This document shows positions 48,701 through 60,599 of a DNA stretch of 64,000 bases, in pieces. The stretch's first letter is position 1. Each line of letters begins with the position of its first letter. Position numbers and translations under genes: made by a program. The notes beneath the pieces are model-generated. The model did no database searches and was not told the origin of the DNA. It saw only the letters and a list, made by a program, of their open reading frames with translations. This DNA is from Sminthopsis crassicaudata (lineage: Eukaryota): contig NC_133622.1 in NCBI RefSeq assembly GCF_048593235.1, forward strand, positions 252,282,055 to 252,346,054, given 5' to 3'.

Positions 48701-51700
48701 CAGGTGGTGTGCAGCGTGGGCCGGCCAGAGCAGCCCCTGCGGCACCAGGTGGCCCTGACGCAGAGCCTGGAGACGGCCCTGGCGGCCTGCGGCCTCAGCG
48801 AGCCGGCCGCCGTGGAAGCGCTGCGGGGCCGCGTGCGGGAGGCGGCCGAGGCCGCGCTCGGAGCCGTGCTGGACTTCGAGGCGTCTCTGAGCCCCGAGCA
48901 GCGGGGCGGCCGCCAGGCGCAGACCGACGTGCTGGGTGAGTGCCGGGCCTTTAACCCCCCCCCCCAACGGGCTCGCGGAGTTGGGGGGAAATGTCCGACC
49001 CTCCTCCGTTCCCCGAGTCCCGGGCCACCTCCTTCAGGGAGAGCCTCGGGGCAGGTGGTTGCAGGGGGCCAGGATCTCCGAGCTGCACTTTGGGAGGGAC
49101 TAATGGGGTCTGCGGCCCCCAAACGGGCACCTGGAACTCCCGGGCTGGGGCGGGGGAAGGGCGGGCCTCTGTGCCTCCAGGTATGAACCCGGGACAAGGC
49201 GCACTGAGATCCCACCAGCCTCAGGGGGCTGCAGGTCCCGGTTCCGGGGGTTGCCCCAGGCCCAGGAATCTGCGCCCTTCCGCCCACATTGGACTCCGGA
49301 CCACTTAGGGGTGCCGTCTAGGCTCGGGACTCCCAAAAGATCTCAGGCCCTCAGGGCTCGACTGGAGGCGACCCGGCCTCTGCGCCCCACCTCGGGCTGC
49401 TCCGGGAGCTCTCTGGGGGAGATCCAGGGCAGCCCCGCCCCGCTGACCGGCTCCTTCTGGCCCCCAAAGGTGTGGACTTGGCGCTGACCCCCGTGGGTCC
49501 GGGAGGCTCCCTGAGCCCTGTGCTTCTAGAGCTCAACAGCTGCCTCTGCCTGGAGGCCTGCGGGCTCCTGGAGGGCCAGTGGAGCCGGCGGGGCCTGCGT
49601 TCCCAGTGGGCGGCCGCGGGGCCGCTGGTGGAGACCGTGCTGCGGCGCTCGGCGCGCCACCTCATGGAGGGCAAGCACCTGCTGGTGGTGGGCGCCGGGG
49701 GCTACAGCAAGAAGTTCGTGTGGGACGCGGCCCGGGACTACGGGCTCAAGGTGAGGGGCGGGGCCCACGCAGGGACCGAGCCAATGAGGGAAGGCCTGAG
49801 CGTGGGGGCGTGGCCAGAGCCAGGGTGGAGGAGGAGATGCCAGGGGCCGCAGCCCGGGTCTCCGAGGGAAGGACCCCGGAGGCGGGGAGGACCTCTGGGC
49901 AAGGGGCGTGGCTGCTCCGGCATGGGCGGGACTTCTGGGCGGGGGGCGTGACTGCTGCGGCGTGGGTGGGACCTCTGGGCAGGGGGTGTGGCTGCTCCAG
50001 CGTGGGCGGGACTTGAGGGAGGGAACTGTCCACCCGAGGTTCCGTTCAGTTTGCCAGCCAGGCCACCCGGGTTTGCAGGGCGCTGGGGGCGCTCCCCGTT
50101 TTCCTCCAGTCACCCATCCCAGAACTCCCAGCTGTCCCTCCCAGGAGGTGGGCACAGCGGCGGCCAGAAGGGGGCTTCCCTTGTGCAGCTCCCGACCCTT
50201 GGGCTCAGCTCTGGGACACATGCTCCCCGGCCGGGGGAGAGGGCGGGACTGCCGCGGCACTGTGTGCCCGAGCACTGTGCAGAAGCGGCTTCCACCCGCT
50301 GCTGGAAGAGGGACTGAGCTCGGCCTTCAAGGACCAGAACCAGAATGATGATCATAAAGCTAGAAGCATGGAAGCCTAGAATCCCAGAGCTCGCCAGGGA
50401 GCAGCCTCAAAGGCATCGGGGACCAACCGAGGCAGAACTCCCCGGGCTCCTCCGGTCCCCGCTGGCGCCCCTCCAGGCCGGGGAACTTCCTGCAGCAACC
50501 CCCCTCCACCTGGGCACCTCCCAGTAGCCCCCCTTCCGTTCTCCCAGGAGCAGCTGGGCAAGTCTAGCCCACGGTGGAGATGGCTGCTCTTTCAAACCTC
50601 CTGACCCGGCCTTCTTCCTCATCCTTCATATGCCCAGTTCTTCCAAACAATCCTTGTGCGTTTACAGTAGGACGAGAGGAAGGAAACGTGCATTTATTAA
50701 GGGCCTACTATGTGCCAGGGCATTGTGCTGAGTGCTTTACGAATGATATCTCACTTGATCCTCACCATAACCCAGGGAGATAGGTGCTGTTACCCCGATT
50801 TTACAGATGAGAAAACCGAGGCAGAGTTTCAGTGTCTGGCCCAGGGTCACATGGCCGTCTCGAGCTCAGGTCTTCCTGAGCTGCAGGGGGAGGAGCGAGT
50901 TCCAGCTGAGCCTCCCCTCCCCTCCGCCCTGTGGGCGTGGGGGTGCCCGGAGGGCCTGGCCAGGCGGCACTCACTCTCCATCCTGTCTCCCCCAGCTGCA
51001 CCTGGTGGAGTCGGATCCCAATCACTTTGCCTCTCAGCTGGTGCAGACCTTCATCCACTTCGACGTGACGGAGCACCGGCGGGACGAGGAGAACGCCCGG
51101 CACTTGGCGGAGCTGGTCCGGGCCCGGGGCCTGCAGCTGGACGGCTGCCTCTCCTACTGGGACGACTGCCTGGTGCTGACGGCGCTGCTGTGCAAGGAGC
51201 TGGGCCTGCGCGGCTGTCCCCCGGCCGCCATGAGCCTGGCCAAGCGGAAGAGCCAGACGCAGGCCCACTTGCTGCGCTGCCGCGGCCCGCGCTGGCCCGC
51301 CCCCTCCCTCTACGCCGTGCCCTGCTGCCCGCTGGAGGGCCCGGACGACGTGGAGCGCGCGGCGCGCGTGGTGCCGCTTCCGGGCGTCATGAAGCTGGAG
51401 TTCGGGGCGGGCGCCGTGGGCGTGCGCCTGGTGGAGGACGCCTCGCAGTGCCGGGCGCACTTCGCCAAGATCTCCCGGGACCTGCAGGGGGAGGCCGATC
51501 ACCCGGGCATCGGGCTGGGCTGGGGCAACGCCATGCTGCTCATGGAGTTCGTGGCGGGCACGGAGCACGACGTGGACCTCGTGCTGTTCTCCGGGAGGCT
51601 GCTGGGGGCCTTCGTCTCGGACAACGGCCCCACGCGCCTCCCGGGCTTCACGGAGACGGCGGCCTGCATGCCCACGGGGCTGGCCCCGGAGCGCGAGGCC

Positions 51701-52222
51701 CAGCTGGTGCAGGCGGCCTACCAGTGCTGCCTGGGCTGCGGCCTCCTGGACGGCGTCTTCAACGTGGAGATGAAGCTGACGGCGGCGGGGCCCCGGCTCA
51801 TCGAGATCAACCCCCGCATGGGCGGCTTCTACCTGAGGGACTGGATCCAGGAGCTGTACGGGGTGGACCTGCTGCTGGCGGCCGCCATGGTGGCCTGCGG
51901 CATCCCGCCCGCGCTGCCCGCGCGGCCCAGGCCGCGGGCCTGCCTGGTGGGAGTCATGTGCGTGGTGTCGCAGCACCTGCGGGCGCTGAGCTCCACGGCC
52001 AGCCGCGAGGCGCTGCAGGCGCTGCACGAGCGCGGCCTCATCCGCCTCAACCTGCTGGAGGAGGCGCTGGTGCCCGGCGAGTACGAGGAGCCGTACTGCA
52101 GCGTGGCCTGCGCCGGCAGCAGCCCCGCCGAAGCGCGCCAGCGCCTGCTCGGCCTGTGCCAGGGGCTGGGCATCGACTCCCCGAACTACCCCGTGGCCCA
52201 CTTCTTGTCGCACTTCAAATAG
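42765..52222 (+). CDS. CARNS1: Carnosine synthase 1 (ATP-grasp ligase, ATPGD1), long form 955 aa
   Basis: Coding exons 42765-42767 (ATG at the end of a 19-nt micro-exon 42749-42767), 44327-44603, 44913-45002, 45637-46124, 47031-47235, 47872-47936, 48704-48935, 49470-49750, 50996-52222 (2868 nt). Motifs LLVVGAGGYSKKFVWDAARDYGL, MKLEFGAGAVGV, LIEINPRMGGFYLRDW; C-terminus HFLSHFK*. Confidence 0.95.
49891..50014 (+). repeat. 40-bp x3 GC-box-containing tandem repeat in CARNS1 intron 9
   Basis: ac(c/t)tctgggc...ggggcgtggctgctcc..cgtgggcggg at 49891, 49931, 49971. Confidence 0.85.
50690..50880. mobile_element. MIR/L2-type remnant in CARNS1 intron 9
   Basis: catttattaagggcctactatgtgccagg...cccgattttacagatgagaaaaccgaggcagag...cccagggtcacatgg. 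Confidence 0.7.
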
Positions 52223-53936
52223 CGGCGGGGGCGGGGCGGGGCCCTAGGGCAAGGCCGTCCTTGGCTGGGAGGGAAGAGGAGGGGGTGGGGCCCCAGGTGT
52301 CCGTCAGCCCCCGGAAGGGGGCGGGGCTCTGCTGAGAGCCCAGCGCCGGCTGGGGGGCGGGGGGCGTCGGCTGGGAAGGGGGGGCTCGCAGAATCCGTCC
52401 GGGAGCTTCCCGGAGAAGACCGCGAGGGGCGGGGAGCCGGAGAGGCTGAGGAGGAGAACGGGGCGGGAGGAGAGCATCCCTGCGTGGGGCCGGGGCTCCG
52501 TGGCCAAGCCAGAGCCCGTCTTTGCCTTCCAGATGAAAGTTGGCCAGAGGATTGCCCAGATCCATCCCCCGCCCTCCTAGTTCCCCGTCCGAGGATGAGC
52601 CGGGGTGGGGTGGGGTGGGGGAGCCGGGCCTCGAATGCAGGCCCTTTCCCAGCGGCCTCTGGGCCTGACCACCCCCTCACCCACTGTCCCACCATCCCGT
52701 CCCTCCTCTGGGGTCCTCCAGGTCCCAAACCGGGTCTTCCCCGGGGCCTGAGATGTACGGCGCTTCCGCTGGGAGGGAGGCAGCCACTCAGACCAGCCCT
52801 CCTGCAGCCCGAAGTAAAGCCCCCTGCCCCATCCCCCGCACCCCGAGGCCAGCGGCCACTCCTCCTCCTTCCCATTCTCCAAAGCAGCTACGATCCACCG
52901 CAGTCTCCCACGGCTGCAATTCTCCCCGGGGCCTTGGGAAGGATGCTGTGCAGGAGTCATGGGTACTCTGGCAGAGATGGGTCTCTTATCAGAGAGGACT
53001 CTGGGAGGAGAAGGGCAATGACGCCTAAGCACCGAGTGGCTGTCAGTGATTAACACCCCCCCACCCCCCACCCCCGCTCAGGAACTTAGGGTTCCTTCTT
53101 CTCCACCTACCAAAGCTTCAGCCCCTGATATAACAATCATGGGAGCAAGCCCTCTTGGGGAACCTTCCTGCTTTGGCCATCCTAGAAATCCACAGCGCTC
53201 CCTGGTCTGCCCTTAGGTCAAGACCTTTCATCTTTATTTTTAAAGTCTTATCTTCCAGCCCAGTGTTGATGACTTGGCTGCCCACTGGGACCATCTCAGT
53301 TCCGAGCAGAACCCCTTCCCCACTAAAGACCCCCTTATGGCTGCAGAGCCCCTACCCCAACCAACCTGTTTCTCTTCTCAGAGAACACAAAGTTCTAGGC
53401 TGGAAACAGGGCCCAAGCTCGTCCCTTCCTTTACTACGAGGTTCAGAGGGGAAGGGGCTAGCCCAAGGTCTTAGTTTAGGATTCAGCAGGAGCCGACCTA
53501 CCACGGCATCTTATCCAACGCTCTTATTTTGCAGATGGGGAAACTGAGGACCAGAGGACAGGGCAAAGCTAACTAGGGACGTGGCTGGGTCTCCTAGCAC
53601 AGGTTCTAATCAGGCTGCCCTGTTCCCTTTCCCGGAGTGCCCCCCCGCCCCCGGGCTCATCACGGTCCCATTCCCTCTGGGGGGGCCTTGCTTGCTGCCC
53701 TCCGCTCTAGTCCTAGGTTCGCAGAAAAGTTGGAGGCGGCCCTTTAAGCCACAGCCTCCTCTGGATGAAAGTCTCCATGACGTCACCCCTTCCTTGGCAA
53801 CGCTCCCAGCAGAGAAGACATCTAGGGAGCCCTAGCGGGCCAGGGCCCGGGACCACTGCGCCTGCGCCAACATCTTGGGTTGTTTATTTTATTTTAAAAA
53901 TTCTCTTGCTATTTCGCTCGGAGAAGAGTGTCGGTA

Positions 53937-53942
53937 AATAAA
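53937..53942 (+). terminator. Probable CARNS1 poly(A) signal
   Basis: First AATAAA I found after the stop (about 1.7 kb 3'UTR), preceded by a U-rich stretch. Confidence 0.55.
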
Positions 53943-54219
53943 GTCTCTGTGAAGGTCTCCGGAGTCTGGTCCGGATTCTCACGGGCTCCAGAGCGCTCAG
54001 TCCGGCCCCAGTCCACTTTCTTCTTCCGGGGCCGGAAGATTGGGGAAGGGGAGGTTGGATTGGGGCAGTGGCCGAGGGACGCGTTCCCCCGGCTTCTCGT
54101 GGGAGGGGGCGGAGACCCGAGGCTGGTGCTCTGAGGAGCTGGGGAGCCGAGCCAGCGAAGATGGATTTTATTCATTTTTGCAGGAAAATGGCTTTATCAT
54201 TTTTTATATTTTTAATAAC

Positions 54220-54660
54220 AGCCTTTTCTTTTTCTAATTAATTTTATAACTATAACTTGTTCTTGACAGTACATATGCATAGGTAATTTTTTTTTACAAT
54301 ATTATCCCTTGCACTCCCTTCTGTTCCGAATTTCCCCCTCTTTTATTTTTCAAAATACAAGGTGCAAAGGTTAGTTCTCAATGCTCACCCTTGCAAAACC
54401 TGGCATTCCGAATTTTCCTCCCTCCCACCGCTATCTGTCCCCTCCCCTCGACAGTAATAATCCGATTAGATTAAACATGTTCTCACAGTCTTTGTGCAAA
54501 AAAGATCCTATCAAGAGGGGAAACAAAGGGAAACAAAATAAGCAAATAACAACAAAGGTGAAAATACTCTATTGTGATCTACGCTCAGTCCTCAGGGTCC
54601 TGTCTCTGCATTCGGATGGCGCTCTCCATCACAAGACCATCGGAATTGGCCTGAATCAGC
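54220..54660 (-). mobile_element. Two adjacent marsupial L1 3'-end fragments (antisense)
   Basis: ttttataactataac...catatgcataggtaattttttttacaatattatcccttgcactcccttctgttccgaatt and ...aaacaacaaaggtgaaaatactc...ccatcacaagaccat. Confidence 0.6.
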
Positions 54661-55289
54661 TCATCGCCAACAAACACTTATTAAGCACCTACTTTGCTCC
54701 CGGTGCTAAACTGTGGGGATACAACGAAAAAAGAAATATCAGCTTTTAAGGAGTTTGCAGTCTAATTGGGGGAGACACCCAAAGGGAGGCAGGAAAGGTT
54801 GAGAATGCGGGGAGACCAGGGGCTACGCATGGTGGGAGGGGGGCAGGGGAGAGGGATGGGAAGGGCAGTCTTGTTCTTGTTCCAAGTCGGTAGAGCAGCA
54901 GATGCAGAGTGGAGTGAGCTGGAGGAATCGGGGCTCTCTCCCTGGATACATCTGGAAGAGATTGGTAGGCGACCCTCCAACCCTCTGATCCAGTGTAGAA
55001 GGTGAAGGGAGGCGGTAGGTCAAATCTTAGGTTAGCCGCCTGGTGAGAGATTAGGAGGCAGCTAGATGGCTCCATGGATAGGGCGGCCAGACAATGTCAT
55101 GAACCCCTAGGTGACTGAACCATGATCAGATTAGAGGCCATGAACTTAATCTGGGAGGCACATCTCCTTACAGTCACACCCCTAATTTAATTTAAGCTCT
55201 CACACTTTGCTTGGACTCTGGCCAAGGCCACCTAATTGGTCCTTCTGTCTCAGGTCTCTCCCTTCTTACGACATTTGGTGTTTGTTTTT

Positions 55290-55450
55290 TTTTTTGGTAA
55301 AGATACTGGAGTGGTTGGACATTTCCTTTTCCAGCTCATTTTACAGAGGAGGAAACTAAGGTAAATAGGGTGAAATGACTTGACCAGGGTCTCACAATAA
55401 ATGTCTGAGGCCAGATTTGAATTCTACCAAAATCCAGGCCTGGCACCCTG
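55290..55450. mobile_element. MAR1/MIR-type SINE
   Basis: ggtaaagatactggagtgg...ccagctcattttacagaggaggaaactaaggtaaatagggtgaaatgacttgaccagggtc...tgtctgaggccagatttgaa. Confidence 0.75.
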
Positions 55451-56169
55451 TCCATGAAGCCCCTTGCCTTTACTCCACAGGAATCAGGCAGGCGGGCAGG
55501 CAGCGCCCTACCTGGGGCTCCCAGTCCTGCAGAGGTCTTGTTTCAAACACAATTGGGACATATTTCACAATGTCAATAAAATACAATGAAACATCGATAA
55601 CAGGACATTTGGAAACTAAGTCAATATGCATCGGGCAAGGATATTTAAGGGACAATTTTGTTTCTCCTCTCCTCCCTCTTTTCTATTAGCTTTCTAGAGA
55701 AGAAATACCCGGAACAATTCCTCTGTGAGCTTATCAGCACCTAGTTCTTATTATTTAATGGGCACAAGGAGACTGTTGTTTGTTCTCCATTCTCTGCCTT
55801 GACATCAGGAAGGCCAAGAGGCTGTGACATGCAAGTGAATTGGATTTAAGGGAGGGAGGGAGGGAGGGAGGGAGGGAAGGCTGGGCAAGTCACCCACCTC
55901 ACGGTCCCCTCCTGAGCCATCTGGGTGCAGATAGAGACCAGGATGACTAGAGAAGGCTCTCAAGGCAATGGGGAACCTGGGCCTTTTTAAGCTCCTTCTT
56001 TAACTGGTCTCAGTTTGACTCAAGGCCCAATCAGTGACCGAAGCTACATAAGACTACTACTTCAAAGGGAGATGAATTTTCCTTTCTGATTTTTAATGTC
56101 GCTGACGATTTAAACACGATTATTGATCATTTGTGGTTTCCTTTTGCCAATTTCAGATTCTTTGATCAT

Positions 56170-56252
56170 TATCAGGGTCATGCTCAATTGCCATCCCTGG
56201 TGAGACTTAGTATCAGGGTCATGCTCAATTGCCATCCCTGGTGAGACTTAGT
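56170..56252 (+). repeat. Perfect 41-bp tandem duplication at the edge of a degraded L1 fragment (about 56260-56560)
   Basis: tatcagggtcatgctcaattgccatccctggtgagacttagta at 56170 and 56211. Confidence 0.9.
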
Positions 56253-56638
56253 AAAAGATACATAATATCCCCCGAGGAAGTCATTAACAGAAAGAAGGGC
56301 TCCTTAGATACCAAATATTTACAGCAGGACTTTTTGTGGTGGCGAGACTTGGAAACAAAGTTGCCGCATGCTGACTTTGTAAACAACCAAGCGAGTCTGG
56401 CCCCAAATGTAACAGAATGTTGGGTTGCAAGAAACAATAAACAATGAATGGAAACAGAGAAGCAAGGAAGAGTTACATACAAGGGTACCCAGTCGGCAGG
56501 AAAACCAGAGACACTAATGATGAGGCGGAAACCGAAAGAACAACAGAAAAGCAACTGAAACCAACACTAGGAAAGAAGGAGCTTTGTCTCAAAGAAGAGA
56601 GGAAGAGACACCTCCCCCACTCCTTTATTCCCTACTTG

Positions 56639-56796
56639 NNNNNNNNNNNNNNNNNNNNNNNNNNNNNNNNNNNNNNNNNNNNNNNNNNNNNNNNNNNNNN
56701 NNNNNNNNNNNNNNNNNNNNNNNNNNNNNNNNNNNNNNNNNNNNNNNNNNNNNNNNNNNNNNNNNNNNNNNNNNNNNNNNNNNNNNNNNNNNNNNN
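56639..56796. other. N-gap (158 nt) at the simple-repeat tail of a WSINE1-like element (about 56810-56900)
   Basis: Run of n followed by ccttccttcc...tgaggcaattggggttaagt. Confidence 0.95.
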
Positions 56797-57513
56797 ACCT
56801 CCTTCCTTCCTCTTTTTTTTCCCCTGAGGCAATTGGGGTTAAGTAACTCTCCCAGGGTCACACAGCTAGGAAGTGTTAAGTGTCAGAGGCTGGATTTGCC
56901 ATTTTTTTTCTTTTTCTTCCTCTCATCAAAACCTGTTGGATTGAGGGGAAAAACCTAATCAATGTAAAAACAAAAGAGATCAATCATCCATCAAGCATCA
57001 ATCAATCAAAGCTGTTTAGTTTTAAAATGGGCAAAGCCTCATGGCCCTGGCCCTGTTGGCCTTGTTTTTTGAAGTTTGTTTTTTCTGACTACAGGGCCTG
57101 GACAGGGGGGAAGGAGAGCATGGAGGAGATCCCAGGGTCCCTGCTAAGGGCAAGAGATTGCTTGCTTCTCCTTGCCCTCTAGTAAGGAACGGAGGCAGAT
57201 TCCTGCCGCTGGGATGCTAATAGTGCTACACTTCCCGAGATCATGGAGTCTCAGCCCCTTATTTGGAAGAAGAGGAAACTGAGGCTAGTCAGTTTATGAC
57301 AGAATTTGAACCCAGTCCTTCTGGACTTCCAAATTGACTGAATGCTGTGAGTGATGTTCAGGAAATGGGTGGGAGTATAGGCCAAGAGAGCATTATGAGT
57401 CACTGGTGAAATGATTACATCCCCGTACCCTGAAGACCAATAGGAGGGAAGAGCTAGAGAGGGCTGCAAGTTACCTGCACATGCTCAGTGGAAGATAACT
57501 GGGATAGGAAGAC

Positions 57514-57533
57514 GAGTGCCACCTGGTGGCCCA
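57514..57533 (-). promoter_or_regulatory. CTCF-like site between CARNS1 and RPS6KB2
   Basis: Minus strand reads TGGGCCACCAGGTGGCACT, a close match to the CCASYAGRKGGCRS core. Confidence 0.55.
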
Positions 57534-57630
57534 ATGAGATGCTCCGAGGCCCACTAGGAGTTGGCAAGCAACTCCTACTTGTCTCAGTTGTACCGGTTAT
57601 CTCTAGGCTGGGGCCAAAAGGCATCTTATT

Positions 57631-58325
57631 ATTATTTTTTAATAGTTTTTATTTACCAGATATTTGCATGGGTAATTTTACAACACTGACAATTGCTAAA
57701 CCATTTGTTCCAACTTTTCCCCTCCTTCCCCCCCCCCCCAGATGGCAGGTCGACTAATACATGTTAAATATGTTAGAGTATAAATTAAATACAATATATG
57801 TATATATGACCAAACAGTTGTTTTGCTGAATAAAAGAATCGGACTTTGAAATAGCGTACAATTAGCCTGTGAAGGAAATCCAAAATGCAGGCAGACAAAA
57901 TTAGAGGGACTGGGGATTCTATGGAGTGGTTCATAGTCATCTCCCAGAGTTCTTTCCCTGGGTGTGGCTGGTTCAGTTCATTACTGCTCTTCTCTGAGTA
58001 TAGCTGGTTCATCACTGCTCTATTGGAACTGATGTGGTTCATCTCATTGTTGGAGAGGGCCTCAGAATCGATCCTCATGGTATTGCTATTGAAGTATCTA
58101 ATGATCTCCTGGTTCTGCTCATTTCACTCAGCATCAGTTCATGTCAGTCTCTCCAGGCCTCTCTGAAATCATCCCGTTGTTTGTTTCTTACAGAACAATA
58201 ATATTCCATAATATTCATATATCACAAGTTATTCAGCCATTCTCCAGTTGATGGGCATCCACGTAGTTTCCAGTTTCTGGCCACCACAAAGAGGGCTACC
58301 ACAAACATTCTTGCACATACAGGTT
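57631..58325 (-). mobile_element. 5'-truncated L1 (antisense) with a 17-bp TSD
   Basis: TSD CCAAAAGGCATCTTATT (57614-57630) and CCAAAGGGCATCTTATT (58326-58342); the body matches L1 3' sequence. Confidence 0.88.
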
Positions 58326-58689
58326 CCAAAGGGCATCTTATTGACCCTTAGAGGGCACTTAACTCTTTGAGCTCTGTGCCTCCCAGTCTGTCAAGAGTCA
58401 GCAAACATTTACTAAGTGCTGCAATGTCCGGGCTAGCTTTCTGGAGGTCCAGGTCCTCCGGAAGGTCTTAGCCACCATGAGGACAGACAAGAATCGAGTC
58501 CGAAGTCCCAGCCTGTGTCTGCCTTGGGTGGGACTTCCTGTCCCCAATTCTCACATACCTTATTACAATTACATATGTGACTTCCAGAACCATTACATCA
58601 CCATGCTAAGTACTAAGTACTTAATTGTCTCATCCATTCCGGAGTTAACACCTTGTTTCAAGTATACTTCTCCAGAGTTCCGGCCCTCT

Positions 58690-59860
58690 ACAAAGTGCCA
58701 CACAATTTACTGTAGGCCACACACCAGGTGCCAGGCACTGGGGATACTGAGGCAACAGACAGCCCCTGCCCTCAAAAAGCTCAGTCTAGCAGGAGAGGCT
58801 ACAAGAAAACATCCTTGTATAAAAAAGGAGTAATGTAACGAGATAAATGGGCTGGGATTCAAGAGAGAAGACATTATAATAAAGAGGCTTCCTGTAGAAT
58901 ATGGGACCTGAAGAAAAACCAAGGAAGCTAGGGAGGAGGAGAGGAAAAGGGAGAGCATTCCGGGCATGGAAGAGAGCCAGGGTAAATTCCTGGAGCTGGG
59001 AGACGGAGGGACTTGTCTGTGGAACAGCCGGGAATGGGCTGTCAATAGAGCAAAGAGCATGTGTTGTAGAGTGAAGTGTGAGAAGCAAATAATAAAGGAC
59101 TCTGAAGGCCAAACAGGATTTTGTAATTGACCCTGAGAGTGATGGGGAGCCCCTGGAGTTTACTGAGTGGGAGCAGGGTGCAGGAGAGTAAGATGACATG
59201 ATCTGATCTGCACTTTAGGAAAATTACTTCAGTGGCTGAAGAGAAGATAGATTGGAGTGGGGGGAGACTTGAAACAGGCACACCCCCCCCCAGTTACCAC
59301 AATAGTCCAGGGGGAGTCCAAGGTGAAGGTCATGTCAGAGAAGAAGAAGGGGGAGGTGAAACTGACTGGATCTGAGGGCTTCAAGATAGAAGCCAGCCTA
59401 GGGGACTGAGAGCACGGTAGATTAGAAAAGGGAGGGAGGGAAGGGGTTAGGAGAAAGGTGCTATGGTCTGTTCTGGACATCCAGGTGGAGATCCCCCAAA
59501 GGCAGCTGGGGAATGGGAGCCGGAGTTCTGTAGACAGGTGGGGGCCAGAGAGGCAGATTAGAGAATCCTCGGCATAGAGATGATAATTAAATCCGGGGAG
59601 CTGATGAGATCACCAAGTGAAACAGTCGAGAGGGAGAAGAGAAGGGAAGCCAGGTCAGAGCCCCGAGGGATGGCTGAGGTTAGAGGGCCGGTCTGGAAGA
59701 GGATCTGGCAAGCTTCCTGGGGAGGAGGGAGGCCCGGAGAAGATCAAAGAAAAGGGGCTGCTCAGTGATGTCAGAGGCTGTGGAGAGAATGAGCCCTGGG
59801 AAAAGGTCATGACCTTGGGCCATCTAAGAGACATTTGTAACTTTGGAGCTCTGGGTTGAT
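58690..59860 (+). mobile_element. L2 remnant
   Basis: ccaggcactggggatact...cctgccctcaaaaagctc, gcattccgggcatgg, gatctgatctgcactttaggaaaatt and ggacatccaggtggagat...cagctgg are typical L2 pieces. Confidence 0.65.
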
Positions 59861-60599
59861 AGGGAATGGGGGGGGGCACAAAAAAGCAAAGGGGAAAAAG
59901 TGGAGCCACTTATTGCAGAGGGAGCCTAGCCCCAGAGGACGGGCCGAGAGGATCGATTGCAGGCTTCCTGAAGGGAGGGAAGCCGTGGCATGTTTGGGGG
60001 CTGTAGGGAAGGAGCCAGTGGTCAGGAACAGATCCCACGGGACAGAGTGGGGCAATCTACTGGAGGGGGGGAGGGGAGGGGATCCACTGAGCGGGCAGGG
60101 GTTAGTTGGTGGCCCAGGTAGATGCCCAGCAGGAGCCGGTGAGGGCTGGCCTCCACTTGTCCAGGGAAACCAGGAGGCTCCTGGCTGAGAGGGCGGGGGA
60201 GGGGAGCAGCCTGTTTCCCCATCGGCCCTTTCGGGTCACCGCTCCCCTGCTTTGCTGCATAGCACCTTCTGTGACTCACCACTGCCGGCCTCCGGGTGCC
60301 TTTTTTCCCCTAGGTCTCCCCTCTCCACAAGAATGGGTCACGCGGGCCCCTTGTCATTTCCCTACCTTCAAACCACAGGGCCCCGACCACCATGAAACTG
60401 GCCCCCCCCCTCCTGTTGCACTGAGTCAGCGGAGGGAGTGCCAGGCCTGCAGTCAGGAACATATGGATTCAAATCCAGCCTCTGACACTCACTACTGTGG
60501 GACTCGGGGCGAGTCATCATTTGCCTCAGTTTCCTGATCTGTGAAATGGGCGGGAGAAGGAGATGGCAAGGGACCCCGGGATCTGGCCAGAAAACCCCA

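Noticed and set aside
50801-52213. 470-aa antisense ORF and 541-aa alternate-frame ORF over the CARNS1 last exon
   Set aside because: They are explained by the extreme GC3 bias of the sense CDS, which depletes stop codons in the other frames.
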